The position numbers and the translations under genes are program-made. Below, one piece after another: positions 1-9,623 of a stretch of 45,828 nt of DNA. The notes under the pieces are model-generated. The model was not told where the DNA came from and did not search any database. It saw only the letters and a program-made list of their open reading frames with translations. Location of the stretch: positions 1 through 45,828 of the IMG/VR virus record IMGVR_UViG_3300020045_002299. One strand, given 5' to 3'. Within the stretch, counting starts at the first letter, position 1; every line of letters begins with the position of its first letter. The stretch comes from a virus (Duplodnaviria > Caudoviricetes).

Positions 1-166
1 CGAGTGCGGCGAAAAAATGATTATCTTAATGCCGCCATGTATGGGCATGACCGGAGCGAGTCCGAAATATCCGCAATTTTGCTCGAGCGAGTGCGCGGAC
101 AAAGCGAAAACCAACACTTTAAAACCCGAAACCGATGGGACAGATTACACCGAGCCAGGAGCATAG
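1..166 (+). CDS. 3' part of a 67-aa hypothetical protein starting at 45791 across the circular join
   Basis: ATG 45791 overlaps the previous stop (ATGA); frame stays open across the join to TAG 164-166: MRAELLNWHRDLVECGEKMIILMPPCMG...FCSSECADK...EPGA. Confidence 0.65.
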   Translation, partial: ECGEKMIILMPPCMGMTGASPKYPQFCSSECADKAKTNTLKPETDGTDYTEPGA

Positions 167-392
167 CGACGCGATCACTCGAGAAGTGAAACGCATCCGG
201 GAGCAGACTTACGCCGATGCAGAGGCCGAGATCCGGAGATATAAAGACGCTCAGGAACACCCGACATTTTTCAACAAAGACAATCTCTCCGAATATAAAA
301 GGGATTACGTCCGTCAAAGGAGGTGCGGCCATTGCAACCGTCAGAACTATTATAAAAATGTAAATTGCACCGAGTGCGGAAATAAGATCTAA
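135..392 (+). CDS. Hypothetical protein with C-terminal zinc ribbon
   Basis: CGHC...CTEC motif; A-rich start context. Confidence 0.75.
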   Translation: MGQITPSQEHSDAITREVKRIREQTYADAEAEIRRYKDAQEHPTFFNKDNLSEYKRDYVRQRRCGHCNRQNYYKNVNCTECGNKI

Positions 393-395
393 ACC

Positions 396-824
396 ATGAG
401 TAAAAAATCATTATCAATAAAAACAGCAATCCGCCGCGAGTGGATTAAGGCAGTTGGTGAGTATAATTGGGATTACATCCGCATTCCGATCCAGCATGCT
501 CTCTCCGGATGGTCGAGGACTGAGGACTGTCCCAACGATGTCAATCCATACGACAAAGACCTTTTCGAGTTGTCTCGAGTGAAAGGTTTTTTTCGACCAA
601 AGACACTCGCCAGGATTGAGTCAAATAATGGCTGGACGTTTATCGAGTCTCCGGAGGATCTGCCGACTGACAGATCAATTTTATATCAGATCCTCAAATC
701 GGATGGAGATCTGATCGATACATTTAACCTCGAGCGTTTCAGTCTCGACAACGTGGTCTCCATGTACTCCAGCAACAGCATCACGCATTATAAACCGCAT
801 ATCGATTATTTACCAATTTATTAA
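396..824 (+). CDS. Hypothetical protein (NNGW..I....LP motif, DUF551-like)
   Basis: Tightly packed ORF; motif shared with 42516-42905. Confidence 0.75.
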   Translation: MSKKSLSIKTAIRREWIKAVGEYNWDYIRIPIQHALSGWSRTEDCPNDVNPYDKDLFELSRVKGFFRPKTLARIESNNGWTFIESPEDLPTDRSILYQILKSDGDLIDTFNLERFSLDNVVSMYSSNSITHYKPHIDYLPIY

Positions 825-841
825 CCAATAACACCAAAAAC

Positions 842-1240
842 ATGAGACAGTTTAAAGCAAAGTATAAACTTATCGTAAAGGATGGAGTCCCGCATTTCGT
901 ACTCCAGTCGCCGAACAGCCGAGTAATCGGAGTTAGCCAAATTTACTCAACGATCCAGCATGCTCTCGATGGCATTAAAGCCGTGCGAGATCTCGTTTGG
1001 GATATTAGCAATTTTTTCCGCATGGAGTCAGCGGATGGACAGCATTATTTCGTCGTCAAAGGTAAAAACGGCGAGGTCGTCCTGACTTCGGAAATGTATA
1101 AAACGTTTGCCGGTATGCGTAACGGGATCAGTTCCGTAATGCGTCACGGTATCACCGAGGAGGTCATCGAAAAGAGAACCGAAACGCGAACAGTTTTTAA
1201 TCCTCCTCATGTCGAGGGAAATAAACACATCGTCGCATAA
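842..1240 (+). CDS. YegP/DUF1508 family protein (two tandem domains)
   Basis: Two repeats of F.L...N...I..S..Y....A..GI..V (HFVLQSPNSRVIGVSQIY; YFVVKGKNGEVVLTSEMY...RNGISSV). Confidence 0.85.
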   Translation: MRQFKAKYKLIVKDGVPHFVLQSPNSRVIGVSQIYSTIQHALDGIKAVRDLVWDISNFFRMESADGQHYFVVKGKNGEVVLTSEMYKTFAGMRNGISSVMRHGITEEVIEKRTETRTVFNPPHVEGNKHIVA

Positions 1241-1786
1241 ATGAACCAAGTAAAAGAATTTCTCGAGTATATTTTCAACGCCTTTAAAATTTGGATTATC
1301 GTCCAACCCTGGGAGCAATGTCTCAGGGTTCGGAGCGGTAAAAAAATAACAAAGCTATCCGGCGGCATTTATTTTAGAATCCCTTATTTAGATAGTTTGT
1401 ACATCCAGGAGACACGACTGCGAGTTGTTGGCTTATCGATCCAAACCCTGACATCGAAAGACTTTAAGACGATCACGCTTAACTCTGCCGTCGGATATTC
1501 GATAACCTCGATCGAGACGCTTTATAATACATTATACCATCCGGAGAGTACTATCCAAAATATGGCAATGAGCGAGATCTCGGAGTTTATTTATAAAAAC
1601 GACCTGGAGGACATCAAACCGCTCGTAATAGAGAAAGCTGTCCTCGAGAAGTTGAACGCCGAAAATTATGGCATAAAGTTCGAGTACTTCAAAATCACAA
1701 ACTTTGCAGTCGTCCGAACTTATCGCATTATCCAGGATCACCAAAGTTGGACGGATAACACTCTCGACATGACTGTTAAGAAATAA
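1241..1786 (+). CDS. SPFH/Band-7 (stomatin-like) domain protein
   Basis: IIVQPWEQCLRVRSGK...GIYFRIPYLD...QTLTSKD signature. Confidence 0.8.
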   Translation: MNQVKEFLEYIFNAFKIWIIVQPWEQCLRVRSGKKITKLSGGIYFRIPYLDSLYIQETRLRVVGLSIQTLTSKDFKTITLNSAVGYSITSIETLYNTLYHPESTIQNMAMSEISEFIYKNDLEDIKPLVIEKAVLEKLNAENYGIKFEYFKITNFAVVRTYRIIQDHQSWTDNTLDMTVKK

Positions 1787-1804
1787 ATCCTCGAGGTAAC
1801 GATA

Positions 1805-1818
1805 TTTTTATACATTTG
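1805..1818 (+). promoter_or_regulatory. Bacteroidota-type -7 promoter element (TTTTTA-TACATTTG)
   Basis: TAnnTTTG at 1811-1818, 30 nt upstream of ATG 1848. Confidence 0.6.
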
Positions 1819-1847
1819 TAATCAATTATTAATTTAAACCAACAACC

Positions 1848-2324
1848 ATGAGAAAATCACTCGCAATTATTGCCCTGGCGTTATGCGCCTCGACCATGTT
1901 CGCCGAACAGTCAAAGACATACGGCAAAGCACCAACGGAGGCCGTAAACCTGACGACAGAGATCGCACTTACATCGACCGACATCGTGTCGCCGATGGTG
2001 TTGTCTGTAACTGAGGTAAACGACATCCTTTTCGCAACTGCTCAGATCTCCGCCGATGGCTATTGCCTTAGCAAGGCCAGCCAAATCACTTTCGGACTGA
2101 GGAACGGCCGACAGGTCATCGTGAACCACATAAACGGAAATTACTGCGACGTGGGTGCGAAATTTGTCTTTAAACTGAGTCCGGAGTCAATCAATAGTCT
2201 GTCAGAGTCGCCGATCTCGTTTATTTACTTCAAAGCCGACGAGGATTTTTATAATCTGCGAAAGATCACCGATAAGGATTTCTTTGTCCGAAATTTCAAG
2301 ATCCGGAAAAATAACAGCGGATAG
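1848..2324 (+). CDS. Exported protein with signal peptide (moron-like)
   Basis: MRKSLAIIALALCASTMFA signal peptide; has its own promoter and terminator. Confidence 0.8.
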   Translation: MRKSLAIIALALCASTMFAEQSKTYGKAPTEAVNLTTEIALTSTDIVSPMVLSVTEVNDILFATAQISADGYCLSKASQITFGLRNGRQVIVNHINGNYCDVGAKFVFKLSPESINSLSESPISFIYFKADEDFYNLRKITDKDFFVRNFKIRKNNSG

Positions 2325-2357
2325 CCATCCGTTTTATATTTGTTTGTTTTAGGGAAG

Positions 2358-2387
2358 AAAACCACGCTCAAAAGGCGTGGTTTTTTT
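2358..2387 (+). terminator. Rho-independent terminator
   Basis: AAAACCACGC-TCAAAAG-GCGTGGTTTTTTT. Confidence 0.85.
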
Positions 2388-2406
2388 GTTTGTGTAAATC
2401 CAAAGG

Positions 2407-2423
2407 TTTTTTATATAACTTTG
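2407..2423 (+). promoter_or_regulatory. Promoter for the virion operon (-7 element TAACTTTG)
   Basis: TAnnTTTG at 2416-2423 preceded by a T-run, upstream of ATG 2481. Confidence 0.65.
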
Positions 2424-2480
2424 CCGTACTGCGAGGGGAAGCAAAACCAACAATATTTTATTAATCTTAAATTTCATCTT

Positions 2481-3083
2481 ATGGATTGTAATTGTCCGGA
2501 GGCAACCTCGCTCGTCGAGATCGTTGCAGAAGCATGCGGGGTAAATCTTAAACAGATCCAACGCCTCGCCGCTCAGAGAGTCCAAACGACTCCAAGTTTT
2601 ACACCTACGACAATTTTGGATCTTTCAGCATGGCAGGACTTAATGTCGGCAACTGACTCGACCAAAATCGTCGTTACACCTTTAATCGCTGGAGATCCAG
2701 TAATCGAGCCAGGCGATAAAATCACGACCGGCGGAGGAGATAACTCGACTCTTAACGGCGTTGAAGAACTCGAGGGCGTAAATCCGTCGAATTTTTCCTG
2801 TCTGTTCAAATCGCTCTCAACAGCTACGGAGGTAGCAATTAAGGCTTTGATCTGCGAAAAAAACCTCACCATTTACCTCATCCTGGAGGGAGGTCGCATC
2901 GCATGCGCGACAGTTTCGGCAACCTGCTCAGGGTTTCAAATCCAGTCGTTTTTCCTCTCTGACAGAGGTAACGCCGGTTTTGGGACGAAAGACTCTTTTA
3001 AATGCTCGTTTGCTTTGCCGTCAGGCTGGTCGGAAAAACTTGCAATTTACAAACCGACCTGGAATCCTTTAACCGACTTGTAA
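2481..3083 (+). CDS. Major virion protein, probable tail tube
   Basis: True start MDCNCP at 2481; QIQRLA.QR, TKIVVTP, GGGDNSTLNGVEE and WNPLTDL motifs recalled from a B40-8/B124-14 major structural protein; tail tube role is inference. Confidence 0.7.
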   Translation: MDCNCPEATSLVEIVAEACGVNLKQIQRLAAQRVQTTPSFTPTTILDLSAWQDLMSATDSTKIVVTPLIAGDPVIEPGDKITTGGGDNSTLNGVEELEGVNPSNFSCLFKSLSTATEVAIKALICEKNLTIYLILEGGRIACATVSATCSGFQIQSFFLSDRGNAGFGTKDSFKCSFALPSGWSEKLAIYKPTWNPLTDL

Positions 3084-3084
3084 C

Positions 3085-3324
3085 ATGGACACAAAAGACA
3101 CGACAACAGCACCGGGGACTCCGGAGATGGTTTTGCTCAAAGCAAAAGACAAAACTGGCGAGGACATCGCGCCGAAAGAGTTCGAGATCTCGAGAGCGAA
3201 CAAACTGTTATCCCTGCATAATTCCCAATGGGAACTCGTTGCAGACAAAGGATATACCTGGAACGGCAAAGACCTCGCTAAAACAGCAGAGAACGCCGAG
3301 GAGACTGCAAAGCCTAAAAAATAG
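3085..3324 (+). CDS. Small hypothetical virion-operon protein
   Basis: Fills the gap between flanking genes; typical codon usage. Confidence 0.75.
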   Translation: MDTKDTTTAPGTPEMVLLKAKDKTGEDIAPKEFEISRANKLLSLHNSQWELVADKGYTWNGKDLAKTAENAEETAKPKK

Positions 3325-3330
3325 CCATTT

Positions 3331-5073
3331 ATGAAACTCACGAAAGAGCAAGCCATCGAGGTAATAAAATCGCCAGCATCAAAAAAACAGATCTCCGCCG
3401 CTAAGGAGCAGGAGTCTCAGTTGCGCGTTTTTACCGAGGATATGGATCTCGACGAGTTGAACGATGAGTTATATTGGCCGAAATTTAAAGCAAGAATGAA
3501 AGCACGTTTAAACAGTAAAAAGTTTAAGCGTGTTTTCGATTTTGCAAGGTATCCGCTCCCGACCATCGAAATCACCGACTCGATCCTCTCGGATTTTTTT
3601 AAGGTATTCGATGGGAAAAACCGAAATTTCCACATCGACGGAGACAGGGACATTTCCCTGCTTAATAAGTGGGTAATCGAAACGAACCTCGAGAAGTGGA
3701 TCGAGGAGCATGCCCGGAGCGTGTTTAAATCGAAACCCTGCTCGTTTGTTGTAATCGACCGGGACAAAAATGGCAAACCTTATCCGTTACTTATCGAGTC
3801 CTCCAGGCTCATCGATGCGAAATTCAAAAGCGCAAAAGGAGATCTCGAGTACATCGTATTTACGCACTCCGTCGTCGATAATGTAACTTATATTTCACTT
3901 TACGACGATGAGACTTATTGGGTATTTTCGACAACCGGCGGCGGAGATTACACTCTCGTCTCGGAAGCAAAACACCAAATCGGATACACGCCAGCGGTCG
4001 CATTTATATCGTCGGCATCAAACAGCAAAAATTACTTTAAGCGTCGCGTCGCTTTTACCAAATCGCTCTCGAAACTCGAGGACTGGACTCAGTTCGACAT
4101 TTACCGCAATTTCGTCGATCACTATGCGCCTTTTCCGGTTACTGAGTCTCCGATCCGCTCATGTCCAAATCCGGACTGTGAGGATGGAGTGATCTCGATC
4201 TCCGAGGTACTCGATCCGTCGAAACCCGAGGAGGAAACGATCAAATACTCGACGTGCGAGATATGCGCCGAACGCAACAGCGACAACGTTGGCCCTGGTA
4301 CTCATATCGGGATAAAGGTAAAACCGGAGAAAGATCAGGACGACGGGCGCGGAGTCTTTAAAATGATTTTCCCGGACGTTGATAAACTCGAGTACACTCC
4401 GAAAAAACTCGACGGCCTGGAGTTGGAGATCAGACACAAAACTGTCGGATTGAATTACATGGACTCGACTAATGAGGCCATGAACGAGATGCAGTTGTCG
4501 GGATCTTTTGCCTCGATGGAGTCGGTGTTGATCCGGACTAAAAACGAGATGGACATTTTATATAAGTGGATGGTCATTACAGCGGCCAGGATCTATTATA
4601 AAGAGATTAACGTCCGAGTCGATGCAAATTTCGGAACTGAGTATTATCTCGTTACCGAGGACGATCTCCAAAAGCGTTACAAAGCCGCGAAAGAGATGGG
4701 ACTCCCACAGGAGGAGCAGTTAATGATTTACCTGCAACTAATCGACACCAAATACAAAGGAAATCCGAACAAAGTCGAACGTCAAAAAATGCTCATCCGC
4801 CTCGATCCTTTGCCGCTTTATGACTTAAAGGATATTATCCAACTGAGGGACAAAATGATAATAGATGCCCAAACTTTATCGTTTAAAGCAAATTTTGTTA
4901 ATTTTGTCGCAAGGTTCGAGAACGAAAACGCACCGATCACGCAATTTGGCCTTAACATTCCGCCGGAGAAACGTCTCCTAAAGATCCGAGAGGAACTCGA
5001 TCGCTATAATGCGGAGTTGATGGCAAAAATAAAGGCAGAGCCAGTAAAACCGCCTGAGCCTGCCAAAGTTTGA
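3331..5073 (+). CDS. Portal protein
   Basis: 580 aa, upstream of scaffold and capsid; internal CxxxxC...CxxC insertion. Confidence 0.75.
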   Translation: MKLTKEQAIEVIKSPASKKQISAAKEQESQLRVFTEDMDLDELNDELYWPKFKARMKARLNSKKFKRVFDFARYPLPTIEITDSILSDFFKVFDGKNRNFHIDGDRDISLLNKWVIETNLEKWIEEHARSVFKSKPCSFVVIDRDKNGKPYPLLIESSRLIDAKFKSAKGDLEYIVFTHSVVDNVTYISLYDDETYWVFSTTGGGDYTLVSEAKHQIGYTPAVAFISSASNSKNYFKRRVAFTKSLSKLEDWTQFDIYRNFVDHYAPFPVTESPIRSCPNPDCEDGVISISEVLDPSKPEEETIKYSTCEICAERNSDNVGPGTHIGIKVKPEKDQDDGRGVFKMIFPDVDKLEYTPKKLDGLELEIRHKTVGLNYMDSTNEAMNEMQLSGSFASMESVLIRTKNEMDILYKWMVITAARIYYKEINVRVDANFGTEYYLVTEDDLQKRYKAAKEMGLPQEEQLMIYLQLIDTKYKGNPNKVERQKMLIRLDPLPLYDLKDIIQLRDKMIIDAQTLSFKANFVNFVARFENENAPITQFGLNIPPEKRLLKIREELDRYNAELMAKIKAEPVKPPEPAKV

Positions 5074-5099
5074 GTAAAAACCATTATTAATAATCTATT

Positions 5100-5789
5100 A
5101 TGAAAGTAGTAAAAAACACCGTAAAAGCCAACAATTTCAAACAGGCTTATGCAGAGTTGGCAGAGATCGACAAAGTCGAGGCCGATAAACTCACCGGAGA
5201 GATCGACGAAAACGATCGCGGCCATAACGTTGTCTTATGTATCCAAAGGATCAACAACGAGGCGAAAAAAAATTATGAGACTCGTCTCAGTATCCAACAA
5301 TTCGACCAGCAATCTTTCGAGAAACTGCAATCGAATTTCCAGTTTTTAGGATTTGACAGCATTATCCTTTTGCACAAAGCCGAGAAAGTGGAAACACCGG
5401 TCGCCGCTCCGGTAACTGCCGCCGCCGCCGCTGTTGAACCTGCCGCCGCCGTAACTGCTCCAGCCGCTCCGGTTGTAGGCAAAACAGAGGAGCAGATCCG
5501 CGAGGAGATGAGACTCGAGTTTGAGAAAAAATACGAGGGTTATGTCCCTGCTCCAGCCGCTCCTCCAGTTTCGGGATCGATCAGCGCGGAGGATCAGGAA
5601 GAACTCGACAAGAAAGCAAAATTACAGGGTTTTGTCGATACTGATCTGTCAAAGATCAAAAGCATCGACGGCCTCGCAAAATTCGCTCAGGATGCCGAGA
5701 TCGACATTACTGGCCTCGCGAAATATGCAGACATCAAAGACGCGCTCGTGGCATGGCAAACCGAGACGGCGGCAGAATTAGCCAAATAA
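5100..5789 (+). CDS. Head-associated hypothetical protein with Ala/Pro-rich linker
   Basis: Between portal and scaffold; PVAAPVTAAAAAVEPAAAVTAPAAP linker. Confidence 0.75.
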   Translation: MKVVKNTVKANNFKQAYAELAEIDKVEADKLTGEIDENDRGHNVVLCIQRINNEAKKNYETRLSIQQFDQQSFEKLQSNFQFLGFDSIILLHKAEKVETPVAAPVTAAAAAVEPAAAVTAPAAPVVGKTEEQIREEMRLEFEKKYEGYVPAPAAPPVSGSISAEDQEELDKKAKLQGFVDTDLSKIKSIDGLAKFAQDAEIDITGLAKYADIKDALVAWQTETAAELAK

Positions 5790-5824
5790 CAAAACACAAT
5801 TTTTAAACCATAAAAAGAGAAGAT

Positions 5825-6799
5825 ATGGACATTCAAGCAATTAAAGACGCTGTTACAGCAAAACCCGAATTACTGGACGGACTCGTCCTATACGTCGCCG
5901 AGACTGACAAAGGAAAGGCGTTAATCGATAACAAAGCGAAAGCACTTTCCGAAGCAAACATCGGCGAGGAGATCAAAAAAGTACATTCTCGTTATGACGA
6001 GGATGTTTTTGCGATTTTAGGCGACAGACCAAAAACTATCGACGGAAAACTGGAGAAAAGTTACGACATGGTAAAGAGACACCTCGAGAACTTAAAAAGG
6101 CTCGCGGCCATCGAAACCAATCTTAATGAGGCCGACGTGGTCAAACAAAAAAATGCCGAAATCGAGAAACTGAAACTCGAGGGAGGCGGCAAAATGTTCC
6201 AGGAGCAACTCGAACAAGCGAAAAAAGACTTTCTCGCCAAAGAGGAGGAGTACAAAACCAAACTGGAGGAGGCACAAAAGGGAGCAACCGACGGCCAGGT
6301 TAAAAACGACATCGCTGTCGCTGTCGCTGGATTAAAATTAAACCCGGATCTTACTCCGACGATGCGAGCCTTAGCCATAGAGAAAGCCGAGGCCGAACTG
6401 TTGAAAAACAGTAAAATCGTTGACGGAAAAGTGGTTTATTTGAAGCCTGACGGGACGACTTTGTTAAATGCAAAATATGAGCCAGCAAGCGCGGCGGAAG
6501 CACTCGCAGGGCTGGAAGTAGTGAAAGAGATCTCACTCAAAGAAACGCCTGGTAAAACAGGCGGCGAAGCACCTCCGGGATCGGGAGGAAACGTGCAAAC
6601 TGTAAAAGTCGAGGGGAAAGACGATGCTAAGAAATTGATATTTGAAACCGGGACGGCGTTCACAAGTAAAACCGATTTTATCGAGAAGTCTGAAAAGGCT
6701 CTCCTCGCGTCGGGATTTACGAGAGGCGACTCAGATTGGGACAAACTCAAAAACGAGGCATACATCGAGCATAAGGTTTCAGAACTGCCAGCAGAATAA
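5825..6799 (+). CDS. Capsid scaffolding protein
   Basis: Charged coiled-coil with Gly-rich segment near the C-terminus; directly upstream of the capsid gene. Confidence 0.7.
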   Translation: MDIQAIKDAVTAKPELLDGLVLYVAETDKGKALIDNKAKALSEANIGEEIKKVHSRYDEDVFAILGDRPKTIDGKLEKSYDMVKRHLENLKRLAAIETNLNEADVVKQKNAEIEKLKLEGGGKMFQEQLEQAKKDFLAKEEEYKTKLEEAQKGATDGQVKNDIAVAVAGLKLNPDLTPTMRALAIEKAEAELLKNSKIVDGKVVYLKPDGTTLLNAKYEPASAAEALAGLEVVKEISLKETPGKTGGEAPPGSGGNVQTVKVEGKDDAKKLIFETGTAFTSKTDFIEKSEKALLASGFTRGDSDWDKLKNEAYIEHKVSELPAE

Positions 6800-6824
6800 T
6801 TAACCTTTTAAATTTTTAGTAAAG

Positions 6825-7871
6825 ATGAGTTTAGCAAAAACCTATTTACAAGACATCCGCGTCGAGTATCCCTCGGAATTAGACCGCGACGAGTTGAGAA
6901 TCACGCAAAACGGCCTTTTGTATGCCGTTATCGAGATGACGAAATCAGTAAGATCGATCGTAAGTTCGGACTTAAAGAAAAAAGCCATTACGTCAAATGG
7001 CCGTAACCTGGACGTACCAGTTATGAAAAAAGGCACGGTTACAATCCTCAACGTGAGGTCGTGTACTATCGCCGGAGGTAACAGCGAGAGCGATTTGGTT
7101 CGTATCGTTTGGAAAACACTCCGCTCCGACATTTTCATGGTTCCGAGTGCCTACGACAAAAACATGATTTCTTACAAAGAGGATCTCGCGAAAAAATTGC
7201 GCGAACTCGTTGAGGCTTTCATGGTTGAAATCGAGGGCGATTTGGATACTGCATTGAACGCGAACAAAACTCAGGTTTATAACTCGACCATCGTTGGCTC
7301 GACTTACACCCTGACAGGAGGAGCGATTCAAGTGCCGGTAGCAAAACAGGATTTCTTTTTCAATGACGTTGCGCCGATCAACTTCGCGGACGACTTCTAT
7401 GCGCCGACGGTTCGTGTTATCGGATCTCACTCGATTATGAGTGTCGTGAGCAAATGGGGCAACCAGGGGACAGGTAACGCGATTAACACGTCGTTCCAAT
7501 TTCCAGGGAAAAACTTCTCTTTCTCGAATCAGATCACGGTCGGAGTCGGAAAACTGGCGACCGGTTACTTTATGGAGGACGGCTCGATCGGAATCCTTAC
7601 TCGTACCGATCCGGATGCGAGGAGAGCGGCCAAAGCGACCGACGGGACGACATGGATGGAGGAAACTCTGCCAGGTTTCCCTTTTGTGGTCGGAATCATG
7701 TACAAATCAAGTTGTAGCGACCAATCGCTCCTCGAGGCTGGCCTCACGCACTTAACGGCGACGTTAACGGAGCATTGGCAGATCTCGATGGATTTCGGTA
7801 TCGTCGTCCCTTACAACAGCGATCCCGTAACCAAAGCCGGAGCGATCCGTAAATTTGAGTTCGTACCGTAA
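6825..7871 (+). CDS. Major capsid protein
   Basis: 348 aa; MSL..T..Q.IR, ALNANKTQV and YNSD motifs recalled from the B40-8-type capsid protein; followed by a terminator. Confidence 0.85.
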   Translation: MSLAKTYLQDIRVEYPSELDRDELRITQNGLLYAVIEMTKSVRSIVSSDLKKKAITSNGRNLDVPVMKKGTVTILNVRSCTIAGGNSESDLVRIVWKTLRSDIFMVPSAYDKNMISYKEDLAKKLRELVEAFMVEIEGDLDTALNANKTQVYNSTIVGSTYTLTGGAIQVPVAKQDFFFNDVAPINFADDFYAPTVRVIGSHSIMSVVSKWGNQGTGNAINTSFQFPGKNFSFSNQITVGVGKLATGYFMEDGSIGILTRTDPDARRAAKATDGTTWMEETLPGFPFVVGIMYKSSCSDQSLLEAGLTHLTATLTEHWQISMDFGIVVPYNSDPVTKAGAIRKFEFVP

Positions 7872-7897
7872 TTTTACGTTATAGAGAAACCAATAAG

Positions 7898-7931
7898 AAC
7901 GCCTTATCTCTCCCGAGGTAGGGCGTTTTTT
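7898..7931 (+). terminator. Rho-independent terminator after the capsid gene
   Basis: AACGCCTTATCTC-TCCC-GAGGTAGGGCGTT followed by a T-run. Confidence 0.85.
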
Positions 7932-7948
7932 AATAAAACAGAGTAATT

Positions 7949-9085
7949 ATGTTTGACATTCCAAAAGTTAAAGCCGCATATAAGAACCTGATCGGATGGA
8001 GGCCGCATTTCGACAACTGCATCACCGTAAACGACAGCAATAAAACCTCAGAGTCCGGAGACTATTATCAGGACAAATTTCCTCCGCTCAGGCTGGATTA
8101 CATCATGGCCTCCCTGACAGACAAACAGGACATAAACAAATATATCGCCGAAAAGGTCGAGGTCGCAACGGTCAACGTCTTTAACGACGTTCTCCAAAAA
8201 CGCCAGGTCGAGGGATACGGAAAGACTCTCCTCGAGCAGGTGCAATTATTAAACCGGCCGAGTTTCCTCAGCGATAAGATCGTAAACCAAAGCCGTTTCG
8301 TCGGCTTTCAGATCAAAGTCAAAGACGTGACCGGTTTGCAGGTGCTAATCGATCAAATCGGTTTGCAGTTGGACGGAGCGCAGGAAACAATAAATATTTA
8401 TTTGTTTCACTCCTCCAGGATCGAGCCGCTCAAAGTTTTCGAGATCTCGACACTTAATTCCGCGTGGGTTTGGAAATCGATCTCGGCCAGCCTGGACTCG
8501 ATGGACAGCGAGAAGTTTTTCGGCGGCGTGTTTATCCTCGGTTATTATCAAAACGATCTGACCAGGATGGCGATCAATTACTCAAATTTTGACTGGAATA
8601 AGGGAGAGTGCCAGGGATGCGGAACGTCTTATTACAGTTTATGGAAATCGGTGCAAAATCATTTCCACATTTATCCGATCTATTGGCCGGAGGGTAATTA
8701 CACCGTCGGGGAGATGCCCGACCTCTCGCTGGCGAGTTACGACAATGCGAAATCCTGGGGACTAAATCTAAAATTGACAGTCCGTTGCGACCTGACGTTT
8801 TTCTTTGTCCAAAACCGTTTCGTATTTAAGAACCTGCTCGGATACCAGGTTGCTTTATTAATACTCAACGACATGCAGTTCTCGACGGAGATCAACTCGA
8901 CGCACGAGCAACTCCGAAACATGATAATCAGGACGCTCGAGGGCGATAAGGAGACCAACGCGCTCAACCTGCCGCAACAGTACTCGAGAGAATTAAAAGC
9001 CGTCAGTTTCAATATTTCCGATATTAACCGGGTTTGTCTCGGTTGCATCGAGGACACTTATCAACCAGTAATCGGAGTCGTGTAA
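7949..9085 (+). CDS. Virion protein (putative head-tail connector/adaptor)
   Basis: Position after the capsid gene; 378 aa with CxxC motifs. Confidence 0.6.
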   Translation: MFDIPKVKAAYKNLIGWRPHFDNCITVNDSNKTSESGDYYQDKFPPLRLDYIMASLTDKQDINKYIAEKVEVATVNVFNDVLQKRQVEGYGKTLLEQVQLLNRPSFLSDKIVNQSRFVGFQIKVKDVTGLQVLIDQIGLQLDGAQETINIYLFHSSRIEPLKVFEISTLNSAWVWKSISASLDSMDSEKFFGGVFILGYYQNDLTRMAINYSNFDWNKGECQGCGTSYYSLWKSVQNHFHIYPIYWPEGNYTVGEMPDLSLASYDNAKSWGLNLKLTVRCDLTFFFVQNRFVFKNLLGYQVALLILNDMQFSTEINSTHEQLRNMIIRTLEGDKETNALNLPQQYSRELKAVSFNISDINRVCLGCIEDTYQPVIGVV

Positions 9086-9528
9086 TGTTTGACAGACAAC
9101 TCGCTTTTATCGATGACATGCCGAACCTGATTAATATCTCGTTCCGACAGGCTATCCACGAGAACGGCGGAGTAATCGAGAGTTACATTACTCAGAGGCA
9201 GTTACCAAAAGGACTCGACGGCAAAGGAGTAAAACTCCGGGAGTATAAGGAGGTTTATAAGCGAGTTCGCGCTTACAAAGGATTACAGACTGAAAACACC
9301 GACTTAAAAGTTACCGGATCGTTTTACGCCAGCGTCGAGGTCGAGTCCGACGATGTCGGTTTCACCGTAAGGAGCGGAGTCAGTTTCGGAAAGTATCTCG
9401 TCGATAAAAGTGAGTCTTATTATGCATACGGTTTCGACATTTTACGACCATCCGCTGAGAATATGAAAGAGTTTTTTGAGACTTACGTGGCATCAGAGAT
9501 AAAAAGACGATCGCACGGCCTCAAATAA
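9085..9528 (+). CDS. Putative neck/tail-completion protein
   Basis: Start MFDRQ at 9085 overlapping TAA; DLKVTGSFYAS motif typical of neck proteins. Confidence 0.6.
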   Translation: MFDRQLAFIDDMPNLINISFRQAIHENGGVIESYITQRQLPKGLDGKGVKLREYKEVYKRVRAYKGLQTENTDLKVTGSFYASVEVESDDVGFTVRSGVSFGKYLVDKSESYYAYGFDILRPSAENMKEFFETYVASEIKRRSHGLK

Positions 9529-9623
9529 TAGCGGTTTTTTAACGATGTCGTGCCTCGTGACAGAGGAGTGTCGAAAATATATAAAAGTGCCTTAAAACGA
9601 ATAATCGCAAAAAATAGCAGACC

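Noticed and set aside
2340-2480. N-terminal extension of the 2340-3083 ORF
   Set aside because: Runs through a terminator and promoter; the true start is ATG 2481
5395-5475. GCC-rich repeats
   Set aside because: Explained by an Ala/Pro low-complexity protein linker
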